Assembly (NCBI GenBank): GCA_964570665.1 | Contig: CAZMZH010000007.1 | Span: forward strand, 29,319 to 61,318 | From: an uncultured Nitrospinota bacterium | Lineage (GTDB): Bacteria > Nitrospinota > Nitrospinia > Nitrospinales > JAJDAT01 | Length of the DNA: 32,000 nucleotides | Reading direction: 5' to 3' | Part shown: piece by piece, positions 20,214-28,111 of the stretch | Layout of the letters: the number at the start of each line of letters is the position of its first letter | How positions within the stretch are numbered: the first letter of the stretch is position 1 | The notes under the pieces: model-generated | What the model was told of the DNA's origin: nothing | Databases searched by the model: none | Seen by the model: only the letters and a program-made list of their open reading frames with translations | Translations under genes and position numbers: made by a program

Positions 20214-20759
20214 TTACTTGTAAACGTTAAACGTTTTAGAAAATAACAATCTATTATCCTGAAATATAGTAATAGTATAAAGTCCAGGTTTATCTTTTGT
20301 TTCATGCTGAATAAAGAATTGTCCCGCTTTGAGTTTAACTGGAAAATCCCAAGGAAAAGTTTGTTTCTTCTCGATTGTGGCGTATTCCATTTTTAAAGGG
20401 ACAAAATCATTAGGGCCGCCATTCAAAGCGACCCAATACACTCCAAATTTTTTTCCAAAAGGTATTTCTACTTTTGGAATTACCCTAAATTCCCCACCCT
20501 TGTTAAGAATTAATGTATCGTCTTCATTTAATTTTTGTTCTTCTAAAGTCTTGGAGTTTTTAATGGTTTCGACCAAACCATAAGAAAAATGTAATTTAAT
20601 AATTTTCCCATTTGAAGTTCTAACCTCGCTAATGGATTCTGATTGAGTATAAGTTAAAGAACGCGAGGTTTTAGCTTTAATAATTGATTGAGAAAAAGCA
20701 AAAGGCAAAAGGATTAAAAAAGATAAAACCTGTATAAATACTATTAAATAGATCTTCAT
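20214..20759 (-). CDS. Secreted hypothetical protein, possibly DUF3859-like
   Basis: Signal peptide MKIYLIVFIQVLSFLILLPFAFS; FGKKFGVYWVALNGGPNDFVPLKMEYAT...PGLYTITIFQDNRLLFSKTFNVY. Family assignment is from recollection only. Confidence 0.5.
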   Translation of the reverse strand: MKIYLIVFIQVLSFLILLPFAFSQSIIKAKTSRSLTYTQSESISEVRTSNGKIIKLHFSYGLVETIKNSKTLEEQKLNEDDTLILNKGGEFRVIPKVEIPFGKKFGVYWVALNGGPNDFVPLKMEYATIEKKQTFPWDFPVKLKAGQFFIQHETKDKPGLYTITIFQDNRLLFSKTFNVYK

Positions 20760-20955
20760 ATATTTTAAATTTTTAAAGCAATAGATAAGGTTTAAAAAAT
20801 TATATCTTCACTAATTTATATCAGTACTTAATTATTAAATCCGACAATTCCGCCTGCTATAACCTATACACCCACGTTAATTAAGCAACCCAAATCCAAA
20901 CCAAAAACAGTTCCAATAATAATGGATGTAGAAGACATGGCTAATCCAAAACACT

Positions 20956-21312
20956 TTAAGACAATGCCCATTTTTCTTTGGCTAATTTAATGGCTTTTTC
21001 ATCATTATCGGAAAATTTCCATCCGTTTCTTATTAAACTCCTTCCGCTAATTTTATTTCCTTTAATGGATAAAAAAATATTCATAGAAATTTGGACTCCA
21101 TAACCGTAAAATTCTCCAAAATTAAGTTCAATTTCAGGAAACGAGGCGATAGCAAAAACCAAAAGAAAAAATCCAGCCTCAACAAATTGTCTTCTTACTA
21201 AAAAAACTAAAACCCCAAATATTAAAAATCTAATACTAAAACCAACGGTTAATTTTTTTTCTTTATTCTGAGTAGCGTTTTTTAGTTTAACAAAGGGATT
21301 ATTATCCTCCAT
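20956..21312 (-). CDS. Small hypothetical membrane protein
   Basis: 118 aa ORF with hydrophobic segments (FSIRFLIFGVLVFLV, AGFFLLVFAIASF). Confidence 0.45.
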   Translation of the reverse strand: MEDNNPFVKLKNATQNKEKKLTVGFSIRFLIFGVLVFLVRRQFVEAGFFLLVFAIASFPEIELNFGEFYGYGVQISMNIFLSIKGNKISGRSLIRNGWKFSDNDEKAIKLAKEKWALS

Positions 21313-21370
21313 TGTTAGGAGTTTGCTGCCAAATTTGTAAATAATTAATACTTCTTTCTCTCATGGAAAA

Positions 21371-21700
21371 CTAAACTTGAAGATTTGCTTTAGGCGTCTT
21401 TGATTTTTGGGAAGAGTTAAATAACTTAATATCTTTGAGATCTCCACCCTTTTCTTCGGCAACTTCTAAGTCGTATTTCTGTTGTAGATTCAACCAGATT
21501 TCTGGACCTGTTCCAAAAAACTTTCCTAATCGTCTAGCGGTATCTGCAGTAATATCTCTTTGCCCATTCAAGATTTGATAAATTCGGTTACTAGGCACAT
21601 TTAGAGCTTTAGCAAATTGATTGCCATTCATTTCAATTTCTTCCAGCTCTTCTGCCAATATTTCTCCGGGATGTATAGGAACTCTCCAATCATTCGCCAT
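21371..21700 (-). CDS. higA: HigA-family antitoxin (HTH XRE)
   Basis: WRVPIHPGEILAEELEEIEMNGNQFAKALNVPSNRIYQILNGQRDITADTARRLGKFFGTGPEIWLNLQQKYDLE. Confidence 0.95.
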   Translation of the reverse strand: MANDWRVPIHPGEILAEELEEIEMNGNQFAKALNVPSNRIYQILNGQRDITADTARRLGKFFGTGPEIWLNLQQKYDLEVAEEKGGDLKDIKLFNSSQKSKTPKANLQV

Positions 21701-21711
21701 GTTTTTATCCT

Positions 21712-21990
21712 TTAATGATAGTCGACAATTTCCACATCAAGAGCATAGCCATCTTCCCATTTAAAACAAATACGCCACTGATCGTTTATCCTGATACTAT
21801 ACTGGTCTTTTCGATCTCCTTTTAACGCTTCAAATCGATTTCCTGGTATAGCGACCAAAGCCCCCAAAGTTGGGGCGGTCTCCAAAACACGAAGTCGCGT
21901 TAGCGCTTTTCGTGCAATGGGTTTAAATTTTTTTACAAATTCACGGCCATAAAGCTTTTCCGTGTTTTTACATTTAAAACTCTTAATCAT
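21712..21990 (-). CDS. higB: HigB/RelE-family toxin
   Basis: MIKSFKCKNTEKLYG...LEALKGDRKDQYSIRINDQWRICFKWEDGYALDVEIVDYH-type signature, directly upstream of higA. Confidence 0.95.
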   Translation of the reverse strand: MIKSFKCKNTEKLYGREFVKKFKPIARKALTRLRVLETAPTLGALVAIPGNRFEALKGDRKDQYSIRINDQWRICFKWEDGYALDVEIVDYH

Positions 21991-22091
21991 TCAGCTTTGG
22001 AAACAGGATTAACGTACTACGTCAATCGTAGCAAAAAATAGTTTATCAATCAATTTTCAATTGCTATTTATTCAAGTAAAACAACTGCAAC

Positions 22092-22384
22092 GGGCTCTGT
22101 AGCAGTATAACCCGCTTTCGTCCAACTCGCCTCCGGTCTAATGCAATCGATTGCCGTTTTCATTGCCGGTTTCGGTAATCAATTCGCCAAAAGGACCTAC
22201 TGCATCGTCGCTTGCGCGCTGCCTAACGATTCCACCAGGGACGTGACCGATCGTAAATGGTCGTGATGATAGGTCGCGGCGGTTTCGTTCCCGCTAGAAT
22301 TATAATGCAACCCATGCACCACCTCGTCCACCACCACGCCGCGAAAGTATTGATCCTCCAATTGAAATGTCTGGTAGTAAACGA
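22092..22384 (-). pseudogene. RHS/YD-repeat core remnant
   Basis: Reverse strand reads YYQTFQLEDQYFRGVVVDEVVHGLHYNSSGNETAATYHHDHLRSVTSLVESLGSAQATMQ*. A 1-nt deletion (ATGCAGTAGGTCC versus ATGCAGTACGGTCC in the other copies) creates the stop. RHS similarity then continues in another frame to ...YRARC. Confidence 0.9.
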
Positions 22385-22426
22385 AGTAAAAAATAATATC
22401 TCCATTTAAAAATCAAAATGCACAAA

Positions 22427-22455
22427 TTGACAAACGTCATTTGACATTTTACAAT
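22427..22455 (+). promoter_or_regulatory. Sigma70-like promoter of the second higBA pair (TTGACA-N17-TACAAT)
   Basis: TTGACA at 22427-22432, TACAAT at 22450-22455, exactly 17 nt between. The -10 box is 6 nt from the ATG at 22462. Confidence 0.7.
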
Positions 22456-22461
22456 TAGAAA

Positions 22462-22740
22462 ATGATTAAAAGTTTCAAGCATCGTGGATTGAAAAAGTTT
22501 TTTGAGGATGGTGATTCTCGAAAAATACCACACGATATGTTAGATCGAATACGTTTAATTCTCGCTCGTCTAAATACTGCCCGAAACCTTGAAGCTATGA
22601 ATATTCATTCCTATCATTTGCATGAACTCAAAGGGAATCGCAAAGGAACTTGGAGCGTTACTGCTCGGGCTAATTGGCGGATTACTTTCCGATTTGAAAA
22701 TGGGGACGCTTTTGATTTAAATTTTGAAGATTATCATTAG
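22462..22740 (+). CDS. higB: HigB/RelE-family toxin (second locus)
   Basis: MIKSFKHRGLKKFFEDGDSRKIPHDMLDRIRLILARLNTA...LHELKGNRKGTWSVTARANWRITFRFENGDAFDLNFEDYH. Confidence 0.96.
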   Translation: MIKSFKHRGLKKFFEDGDSRKIPHDMLDRIRLILARLNTARNLEAMNIHSYHLHELKGNRKGTWSVTARANWRITFRFENGDAFDLNFEDYH

Positions 22741-22752
22741 AAGGAAAAAAAC

Positions 22753-23073
22753 ATGGCCATTAAAAAATATCAAATGAAAAATCCACCTCACCCTGGATTA
22801 GGCGTGAAAGTTGATTGTTTAGAACCTTATGGATTGAGTATTACTAAAGGCGCAAAAATATTAGGTGTTACGAGACAAACCTTAAGCCTTCTGGTCAATC
22901 AAAAAACATCCTTATCGTGGGACATGGCAATCCGGCTTTCGAAGGCCTTTGGATCAACCCCAGAAGGATGGATGGAATTACAATTTCAATATGATTCCGC
23001 ACAAGCCGTTAAACGCGCAAAAAAAATAAAGGTGACCCCCTATCAGGGATCACTAGAACCCGCTTATCAATAA
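22753..23073 (+). CDS. higA: HigA-family antitoxin (second locus)
   Basis: PPHPGLGVKVDCLEPYGLSITKGAKILGVTRQTLSLLVNQKTSLSWDMAIRLSKAFGSTPEGWMELQFQYD. Confidence 0.95.
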   Translation: MAIKKYQMKNPPHPGLGVKVDCLEPYGLSITKGAKILGVTRQTLSLLVNQKTSLSWDMAIRLSKAFGSTPEGWMELQFQYDSAQAVKRAKKIKVTPYQGSLEPAYQ

Positions 23074-23198
23074 TGGATCTTCCGTTAAGAACCTTCCGAC
23101 CTCCGGATCGTAATAGTGTGCTCGGTAGTAATATACTGAGGCCCATTCAAGTCCAAAGCTTAAAAAACTGTCCGCCTGAGGCTCTCGAAGGCCGAGCG
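23074..23198 (-). repeat. R0: RHS core-end fragment plus linker repeat
   Basis: Reverse strand reads SVYYYRAHYYDPEVGRFLTEDP, fused upstream to a linker nearly identical to R1 (cccattcaagtccaaagcttaaaaaactgtccgcctgaggctctcgaaggccgagcg). Confidence 0.85.
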
Positions 23199-24665
23199 GC
23201 GGAATACGTTATTCCAAAATGATGAATTAGCGAAAGGAGCCCGCTAGGATCACTAGCATTTATTGGATTATTTTCTACATAAGCATAGAAATTAATTCCA
23301 GCACGGAAACCCATGGAATCTTCCGTTAAGAACCTTCCGACTTCCGGATCGTAATAGCGGGCTCGGTAGTAGTATAACCCGGAATCGTCCAACTCGCGTC
23401 CGGTGTAATGCAATCGGTTGCCGTTGTCGCTGCCGGTTTCCGTTATCAATTCGCCAAAAGGACCGTACTGCATCGTCGCCTGTGCGCTGCCTAACGTTTC
23501 CACCAGGGACGTGACCGACCGTAAATGGTCATGGTGATAAGTTGTCCCGCTTTCGTTCCCGCTAGAATCGTAATGCAACCCATGCACCACCTCGTCTACC
23601 ACCACGCCGCGAAAATATTGATCCTGCAATTGAAATGTCTCGTCATAAATCGCTTCTAAATGCTCCCCTTCTAAATAATAGTTCCGCGTATTAAACCCTC
23701 CATCATTATTCTTGATGCGGTAATCGCTCGGATCGTATTTAAAATAAAACGATTTACCCGGAGTCGACATTCCCGTCACTCGGTTTTTTTGATCGTAAAC
23801 AAAACTCTGTAGAGTCGTGTCGTCGACATTTCGCTTGGTTAATCGATTGCCGTTAGAATCGTACTCGTATTTGGCGACCAAAGGACCCATAACGCTGCCC
23901 TGGCGCACTTCCATTAACTGATTATTGACGTTATAAACGTAAACATGAACGACGCCGTCTTTCGTATGAGTCAATCGATTTCCCACCTTATCGTACGTAT
24001 AAGCATGATCGTTTGCGGTATTTGGCGCTTCCACTCCGATCAAACGATTGAGACTATCGTAGGTATAAAATGTGGTTCCTTCCCCTCCCTGGGGTCCAAC
24101 AGAAACGGTTGTGATATTTCCCACTTTGTCGTAAGTGTACAACGTACGGCTTATTTCCGTTCCTCCTAAACCTTCGTTGACCAAAGACGTCAACCGATTA
24201 TCGGCGTCGCACCTCTTGAGCTTGCCCTGAGCTAGCCGAAGGGTCGTTTGACAAGATACGATTCACCAATCGTCCCGCTTCGTCGTAGAAATAAGAAACC
24301 TGAACGTGATCCGAATTACTCTGCGCGATCAACCGATTGGCGGAGTTGTATTGATAATTCGTCGTCTTTCCCTGATAATCGGTTTTGGTAGCGACGTTGC
24401 CAACTTTATCGTAAGTCCAACTGAGAGTTTTGTTGGTTGTGGCGCCATTGTGATCGAGCCGTTCGTCGTTTTTACTAATCAAACGATTCTGCTGGTCGTA
24501 GGTGAACGAATAGATGATGCCGCCATTAGCAACCTGTTGCAAATTGCCAAAACTATCGTAAGTGCGCAGTTCCTGTTTGCCGTCATTATAAAAATCGGTA
24601 AATATCAACCGATTCAAGGTGTCGTACGCAAAGAAAAAGTTGTGACTGTAACTATAATAACAGTT
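23147..24665 (-). pseudogene. Truncated, frame-disrupted RHS/YD-repeat gene
   Basis: YD repeats (YTYDKVGNITTVSV, YDSLNRLIGVEAP, YEYDSNGNRLTK) and core end LHYTGRELDDSGLYYYRARYYDPEVGRFLTED...NPINASDPSGLL. Two ORFs (24198-24617 and 23147-24193) are in different frames. No intact N-terminus: stops appear upstream of YSHNFFFAYDTLNRLI. Confidence 0.9.
24211..24246. repeat. Short REP-like repeat inserted in the RHS coding sequence
   Basis: acctcttgagcttgccctgagctagccgaagggtcg sits between RHS sequence ...RLVNRILSN and DADNRLTSL and shifts the frame. It resembles ccagcctgtcctgagcgaagccgaaggatc at 26568-26597. Confidence 0.6.
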
Positions 24666-24849
24666 ATCTAGTCTGAAATACTTGACCCCAAAGCTGTGTT
24701 TGGTAAAATAAATATAGTCTTAGACTAGTGTCCTGCGGTAGGTGGGTTAAAGGTCGTAGCTTTGGCAACGCCCCGCCCAAAGTAGGGAACTGGGGGTCGG
24801 TTTTCTCTTTACTGCTTCGGCAGTCGCTTGAAAGCTATCCCCCATTTTT

Positions 24850-25224
24850 TTAGAACGTCGAAATCAAAAACAATTTTTTATCCTTCCCCTCTTTTTGCTC
24901 GCGTATGTGGATGGTAACGACTATTCCTTTTGACGTGATCCCTTTAAACTCGTTGGAAATACCCATCTGATCCCGTTTTTGATCAGTTAAATCCTTTTTT
25001 CTAACTTTCGCAATTAACTCTAATCCAACAAAGAAGCGACGTTTCCTTCGAGTTCGGTCATTACGGTCATTTGTGATTGCAAGATATCTATCTAAAAAGA
25101 CAGTTCTCTTTTTTCCTAACCCGTTAAAATTAATCCGACCTTCGATTTGTTCAATTTTTTGGTTTATCAGATCGTCCAGCGATTTTCCTTTTTGCGTTGC
25201 AATTTCCGTTTTCAACTTAAGCAT
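24850..25224 (-). CDS. Hypothetical protein, highly basic
   Basis: 124 aa ORF with many Lys/Arg; no recognised domain; coding status uncertain. Confidence 0.3.
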   Translation of the reverse strand: MLKLKTEIATQKGKSLDDLINQKIEQIEGRINFNGLGKKRTVFLDRYLAITNDRNDRTRRKRRFFVGLELIAKVRKKDLTDQKRDQMGISNEFKGITSKGIVVTIHIREQKEGKDKKLFLISTF

Positions 25225-25363
25225 GGAGCGAATTGTACAGCGAAATTAACGCAAACAAAAGCATCCTTTCTCTCTTTTGATTATGACAACAAGCAAGAAT
25301 TAAATTAGTAAACCCAGGCTCACCATGAGAGCGCTGATAGAAGAGAAATAATATGACTGATTT

Positions 25364-25590
25364 CGGAATCGTAATAGCGGGCTCGGTAGTAATATACAGA
25401 GGCTCATTCAACTCCAGAGCTTAAAAAACTGTCAGCCTGAGGCTCTCGAAGGCCGAGCGCCATACGTTAAAATAAAACGACTCCAAAACTTCCAATCAGT
25501 TACAAACCAATTTTCCCAATAAAATTAATTAGCTGTCATCCTTGAGTGAAGCGAAGGATCTACCCCAATGCGGTTTTAGAATTAATTTTC
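25364..25590 (-). repeat. R1: RHS core-end fragment plus linker repeat
   Basis: Reverse strand ASVYYYRARYYDSE. The linker contains the gaaggccgagcg block, ccaatcagttacaaacc, tgtcatccttgagtgaagcgaaggatctaccccaatgcggtttt and attaattttc. Confidence 0.85.
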
Positions 25591-25682
25591 TTATTAATCC
25601 AAAAGTAGTTTTAGCTTAATTTTAAAATGAAATGAAGATGAAAGTTTGTACCTATACATCCTATTTCCTTAATGTTTCCTTC

Positions 25683-25711
25683 TTGCTGACCTGATAAAGG
25701 AAGAGTATAAT
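25683..25711 (+). promoter_or_regulatory. Sigma70-like promoter of the first PIN toxin-antitoxin pair (TTGCTG-N17-TATAAT)
   Basis: TATAAT at 25706-25711, TTGCTG at 25683-25688, 17-nt spacer. The -10 box is 6 nt from the ATG at 25718. Confidence 0.6.
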
Positions 25712-25717
25712 TTCCTC

Positions 25718-25987
25718 ATGGCTACTATTACAATCAAATTGGACATTGACAAAAAAGAACAAGGTTGTCTTTTCGAAGTCGACGAAAATGCAGAGCGACA
25801 AATAGAAAAAGAACGTCAACGTTCTGGCAAGGATCGCGATGCAATTATTCTTGACATAGCCCAACGAACACTCTCTCTAATGGAATTCAATGCTATTCGG
25901 GAAGAGTTAGCTCCCTATGCTGAAAAAGCAAATTTGAGCGAAGAAGAAATACTCGCTCTGCCAAGAATGTCTTCAAAAAATAGCTAA
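25718..25987 (+). CDS. Putative antitoxin partner of the PIN-family toxin
   Basis: 89 aa acidic protein immediately upstream of and codirectional with a PIN-domain gene. IEKERQRSGKDRDAIILDIAQR resembles a ribbon-helix-helix-like regulator. Confidence 0.65.
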   Translation: MATITIKLDIDKKEQGCLFEVDENAERQIEKERQRSGKDRDAIILDIAQRTLSLMEFNAIREELAPYAEKANLSEEEILALPRMSSKNS

Positions 25988-25999
25988 CCGATAAAGTAC

Positions 26000-26410
26000 G
26001 TGAGAGTTTTTTTTGACACGAACGTATTGGTGAGCGCTTTTACTAGCGGGGGAATATGCCTTAATCTAGTAAAAAGAACAATTGAAGACACGCAACACAA
26101 CCTGCTCGTAGGCACAGTTATTATTGACGAGCTAAGTCGGATTTTGACTCACCGGTTTAACTACCCTCCCCAAAAATTAGATCGCGTAATAGCCTTCCTA
26201 ATTAAATATAGGGCAATACTTATGCCCAAAACAAAGCCTCCCGTTTCTGTCCGCGATCCCGATGACGAACTGGTGCTCGCCTCTGCGCTGGAAACAGGAG
26301 CAGACATTCTAGTTACAGGAGACAAAGATCTACTAATACTGGGCGACACAGCGGGAATTAAAATAGTAGACCCACGCATGCTTTGGGAGATGTTGACAAA
26401 GGAAGATTAG
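26000..26410 (+). CDS. PIN-domain toxin (putative toxin-antitoxin system toxin component, PIN family)
   Basis: MRVFFDTNVLVSAFTSGG, VIIDELSRIL, VRDPDDELVLASALETGADILVTGDKDLLIL. The PIN acidic residues are present. Confidence 0.93.
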   Translation: MRVFFDTNVLVSAFTSGGICLNLVKRTIEDTQHNLLVGTVIIDELSRILTHRFNYPPQKLDRVIAFLIKYRAILMPKTKPPVSVRDPDDELVLASALETGADILVTGDKDLLILGDTAGIKIVDPRMLWEMLTKED

Positions 26411-26437
26411 CGCATCCGGATTCCTAATCGTCAAATC

Positions 26438-26690
26438 AGGCTCTGTAGTAGTATACGGAAGCTCATTCCATAAGGCAGCCCCGCTTCCGGGCTCTAAAAA
26501 AATGTCACTCTGAGCCTGTCGAAGGCCGAGCGTCGGACGTTAAAATTAAATTACCTCTCTCCCGCCCCAGCCTGTCCTGAGCGAAGCCGAAGGATCTAGA
26601 CCAATTTTTCCAATAAAATTCATTAGCTGTCATCCTTGAGTGAAGCGAAGGATCTACCTTAATGCGGGTTTTGGCTTAATTCTTATTGAT
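26438..26690 (-). repeat. R2: RHS core-end fragment plus linker repeat
   Basis: Reverse strand ASVYYYRA*. The linker shares gaaggccgagcg, tgtcatccttgagtgaagcgaaggatctacc, aatgcgg. It also has an extra cctgtcctgagcgaagccgaaggatct copy. Confidence 0.8.
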
Positions 26691-26806
26691 TTCAATCGTA
26701 CTATATACGCTATAACATTCAGTACAAAATCCTAACTTGATTGTTTATTTACGAATATTCCCGTAAAATAATTCTATTAAGCTTTTTTGTTACCGGAGAT
26801 TAGGGA

Positions 26807-27052
26807 ATGCCAATTAAAATCCTAGAGCATGTCAAAGCCCAGGAACTTCCAAAATCCTGGAAAAAGGAACTAAATCCCAGCCCCGAGGAAACGTTTCGAA
26901 TTACTATTGAACCCGAAAGCGAGCTGACTGACGAGCCGTTTGACGTAACCCATGATCCTATCTTTCAATTAGAAGGATATGACTCAGATGCGCCTTCTGA
27001 CTTATCTAAAATTTCAGATAAGTTACTTTATGGAAAAAACCATCCTGCATAA
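26807..27052 (+). CDS. Putative VapB-like antitoxin
   Basis: 81 aa acidic protein preceded by an SD-like ggag. Its stop codon overlaps the start of the downstream PIN gene by 1 nt. Confidence 0.65.
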   Translation: MPIKILEHVKAQELPKSWKKELNPSPEETFRITIEPESELTDEPFDVTHDPIFQLEGYDSDAPSDLSKISDKLLYGKNHPA

Positions 27053-27459
27053 TGGAAACGGTTTTCCTGGATGCAAATGGGTGGATCGCCCTTTCAAATA
27101 AAAGGGATCAATTAAACGCTAAAGCGGTTAATCGTAATAAAGAACTCCTTCAAAATCAGACTCGCTACCTAACAACCAATTTCGTTCTAGACGAAACCTA
27201 TACCACACTCATGGCAAAGGTAGGAAACTTTGCGGCTGTGGACTTCGGCGAAAGAGTCAGAAACTCAAAATCCGTCACGATTGTTCACATCTCTCCAGAA
27301 ATCGAAGAAGAAGCTTGGCAACTTTTCAAAAAATACTCCGACAAACAATTTTCTTTTACAGACTGCACTTCATTTGTTGTGATGCAAAGATTTAAATTGG
27401 AAAAAGCATTCACAAACGACCATCATTTTGAACAAGCAGGATTTTCAATTCTGTTATAA
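27052..27459 (+). CDS. VapC-like PIN-domain ribonuclease toxin
   Basis: METVFLDANGWIAL, LTTNFVLDETYTTL, FSFTDCTSFVVMQRF, AFTNDHHFEQAGF. Confidence 0.93.
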   Translation: METVFLDANGWIALSNKRDQLNAKAVNRNKELLQNQTRYLTTNFVLDETYTTLMAKVGNFAAVDFGERVRNSKSVTIVHISPEIEEEAWQLFKKYSDKQFSFTDCTSFVVMQRFKLEKAFTNDHHFEQAGFSILL

Positions 27460-27532
27460 TCAAATTTTATAAACCAAATCCGTTTGCGAGAGAAACCTCA
27501 AAACTCCTTTTACAAAAAAACACTTAATCTAA

Positions 27533-27700
27533 GTGGGCTCGGTAGTAATATACGGAGGCAGAAGAACGCCGTACACTAAAATTAAACTTCTCCATTGCCT
27601 CCAATCAGTTACAACTTAATTTTCCCAATAAAACTCAATACCTGTCATCCTCGAACGAAGTGAAGGATCTACCCCAATGCGGTTTTGAAATTAATTTTCC
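27533..27700 (-). repeat. R3: RHS core-end fragment plus linker repeat
   Basis: Reverse strand SASVYYYRAH. The linker shares acggaggcagaagarcg, ccaatcagttacaa, tgtcatcct..gaagtgaaggatctaccccaatgcggttttgaaattaattttcc. Confidence 0.85.
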
Positions 27701-27775
27701 TTCTGGTTCAGAAGAAGTCTATGAGTAAAATTTTATAATTAAAGAAATGAAAAATATTTCTGGAAAAGATTAATT

Positions 27776-28090
27776 TTAGTTGTCTGGAAGGTTATATTCT
27801 TTTTTAGCATATTCAAAAGAAACTACTGATAAACGAAATGGCCCCAGCCCATGCATTGCACTATGGGGATATGTGTATTCCCAATATCGCCCCTTAAACC
27901 ATTCTCTATATAAAATATGAAAACCACCAGGTGCATCAGCAATCTTTTTCAGGAAAAATAGTCTAAAAAATTCTAATCTTCTTACGTTTTCACTCACTAT
28001 TCTTCCATTTATGACTTCCCAATCTTGATCAAGCTTGGTTTCACCTTTTGTTATTTTAAAAAAAATCTTTAAATATAAGTTTTTTAACAT
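27776..28090 (-). CDS. Candidate immunity protein, Imm27-like, for the adjacent RHS tip
   Basis: ETKLDQDWEVINGRIVSENVRRLEFFRLFFLKKIADAPGGFHILYREWFKGRYWEYTYPHSAMHGLGPFRL. The GRYWExTYPxSxxHGxGPxxL pattern matches my recollection of Imm27. It starts 21 nt after the stop of the RHS tip. Confidence 0.6.
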   Translation of the reverse strand: MLKNLYLKIFFKITKGETKLDQDWEVINGRIVSENVRRLEFFRLFFLKKIADAPGGFHILYREWFKGRYWEYTYPHSAMHGLGPFRLSVVSFEYAKKEYNLPDN

Positions 28091-28111
28091 GTCAAAAAGT
28101 TTAAAGAGAAA

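Noticed and set aside
22223-22533. Short minus ORFs (60 and 77 aa) with W/R/G-rich sequence
   Set aside because: Alternative-frame translations of the degraded RHS remnant and the higBA-2 promoter region.
25217-25411. 64-aa ORF MNEPLYITTEPAITIPK...
   Set aside because: Out-of-frame reading of the RHS core fragment R1 (YYYRARYY in the correct frame); not a real gene.
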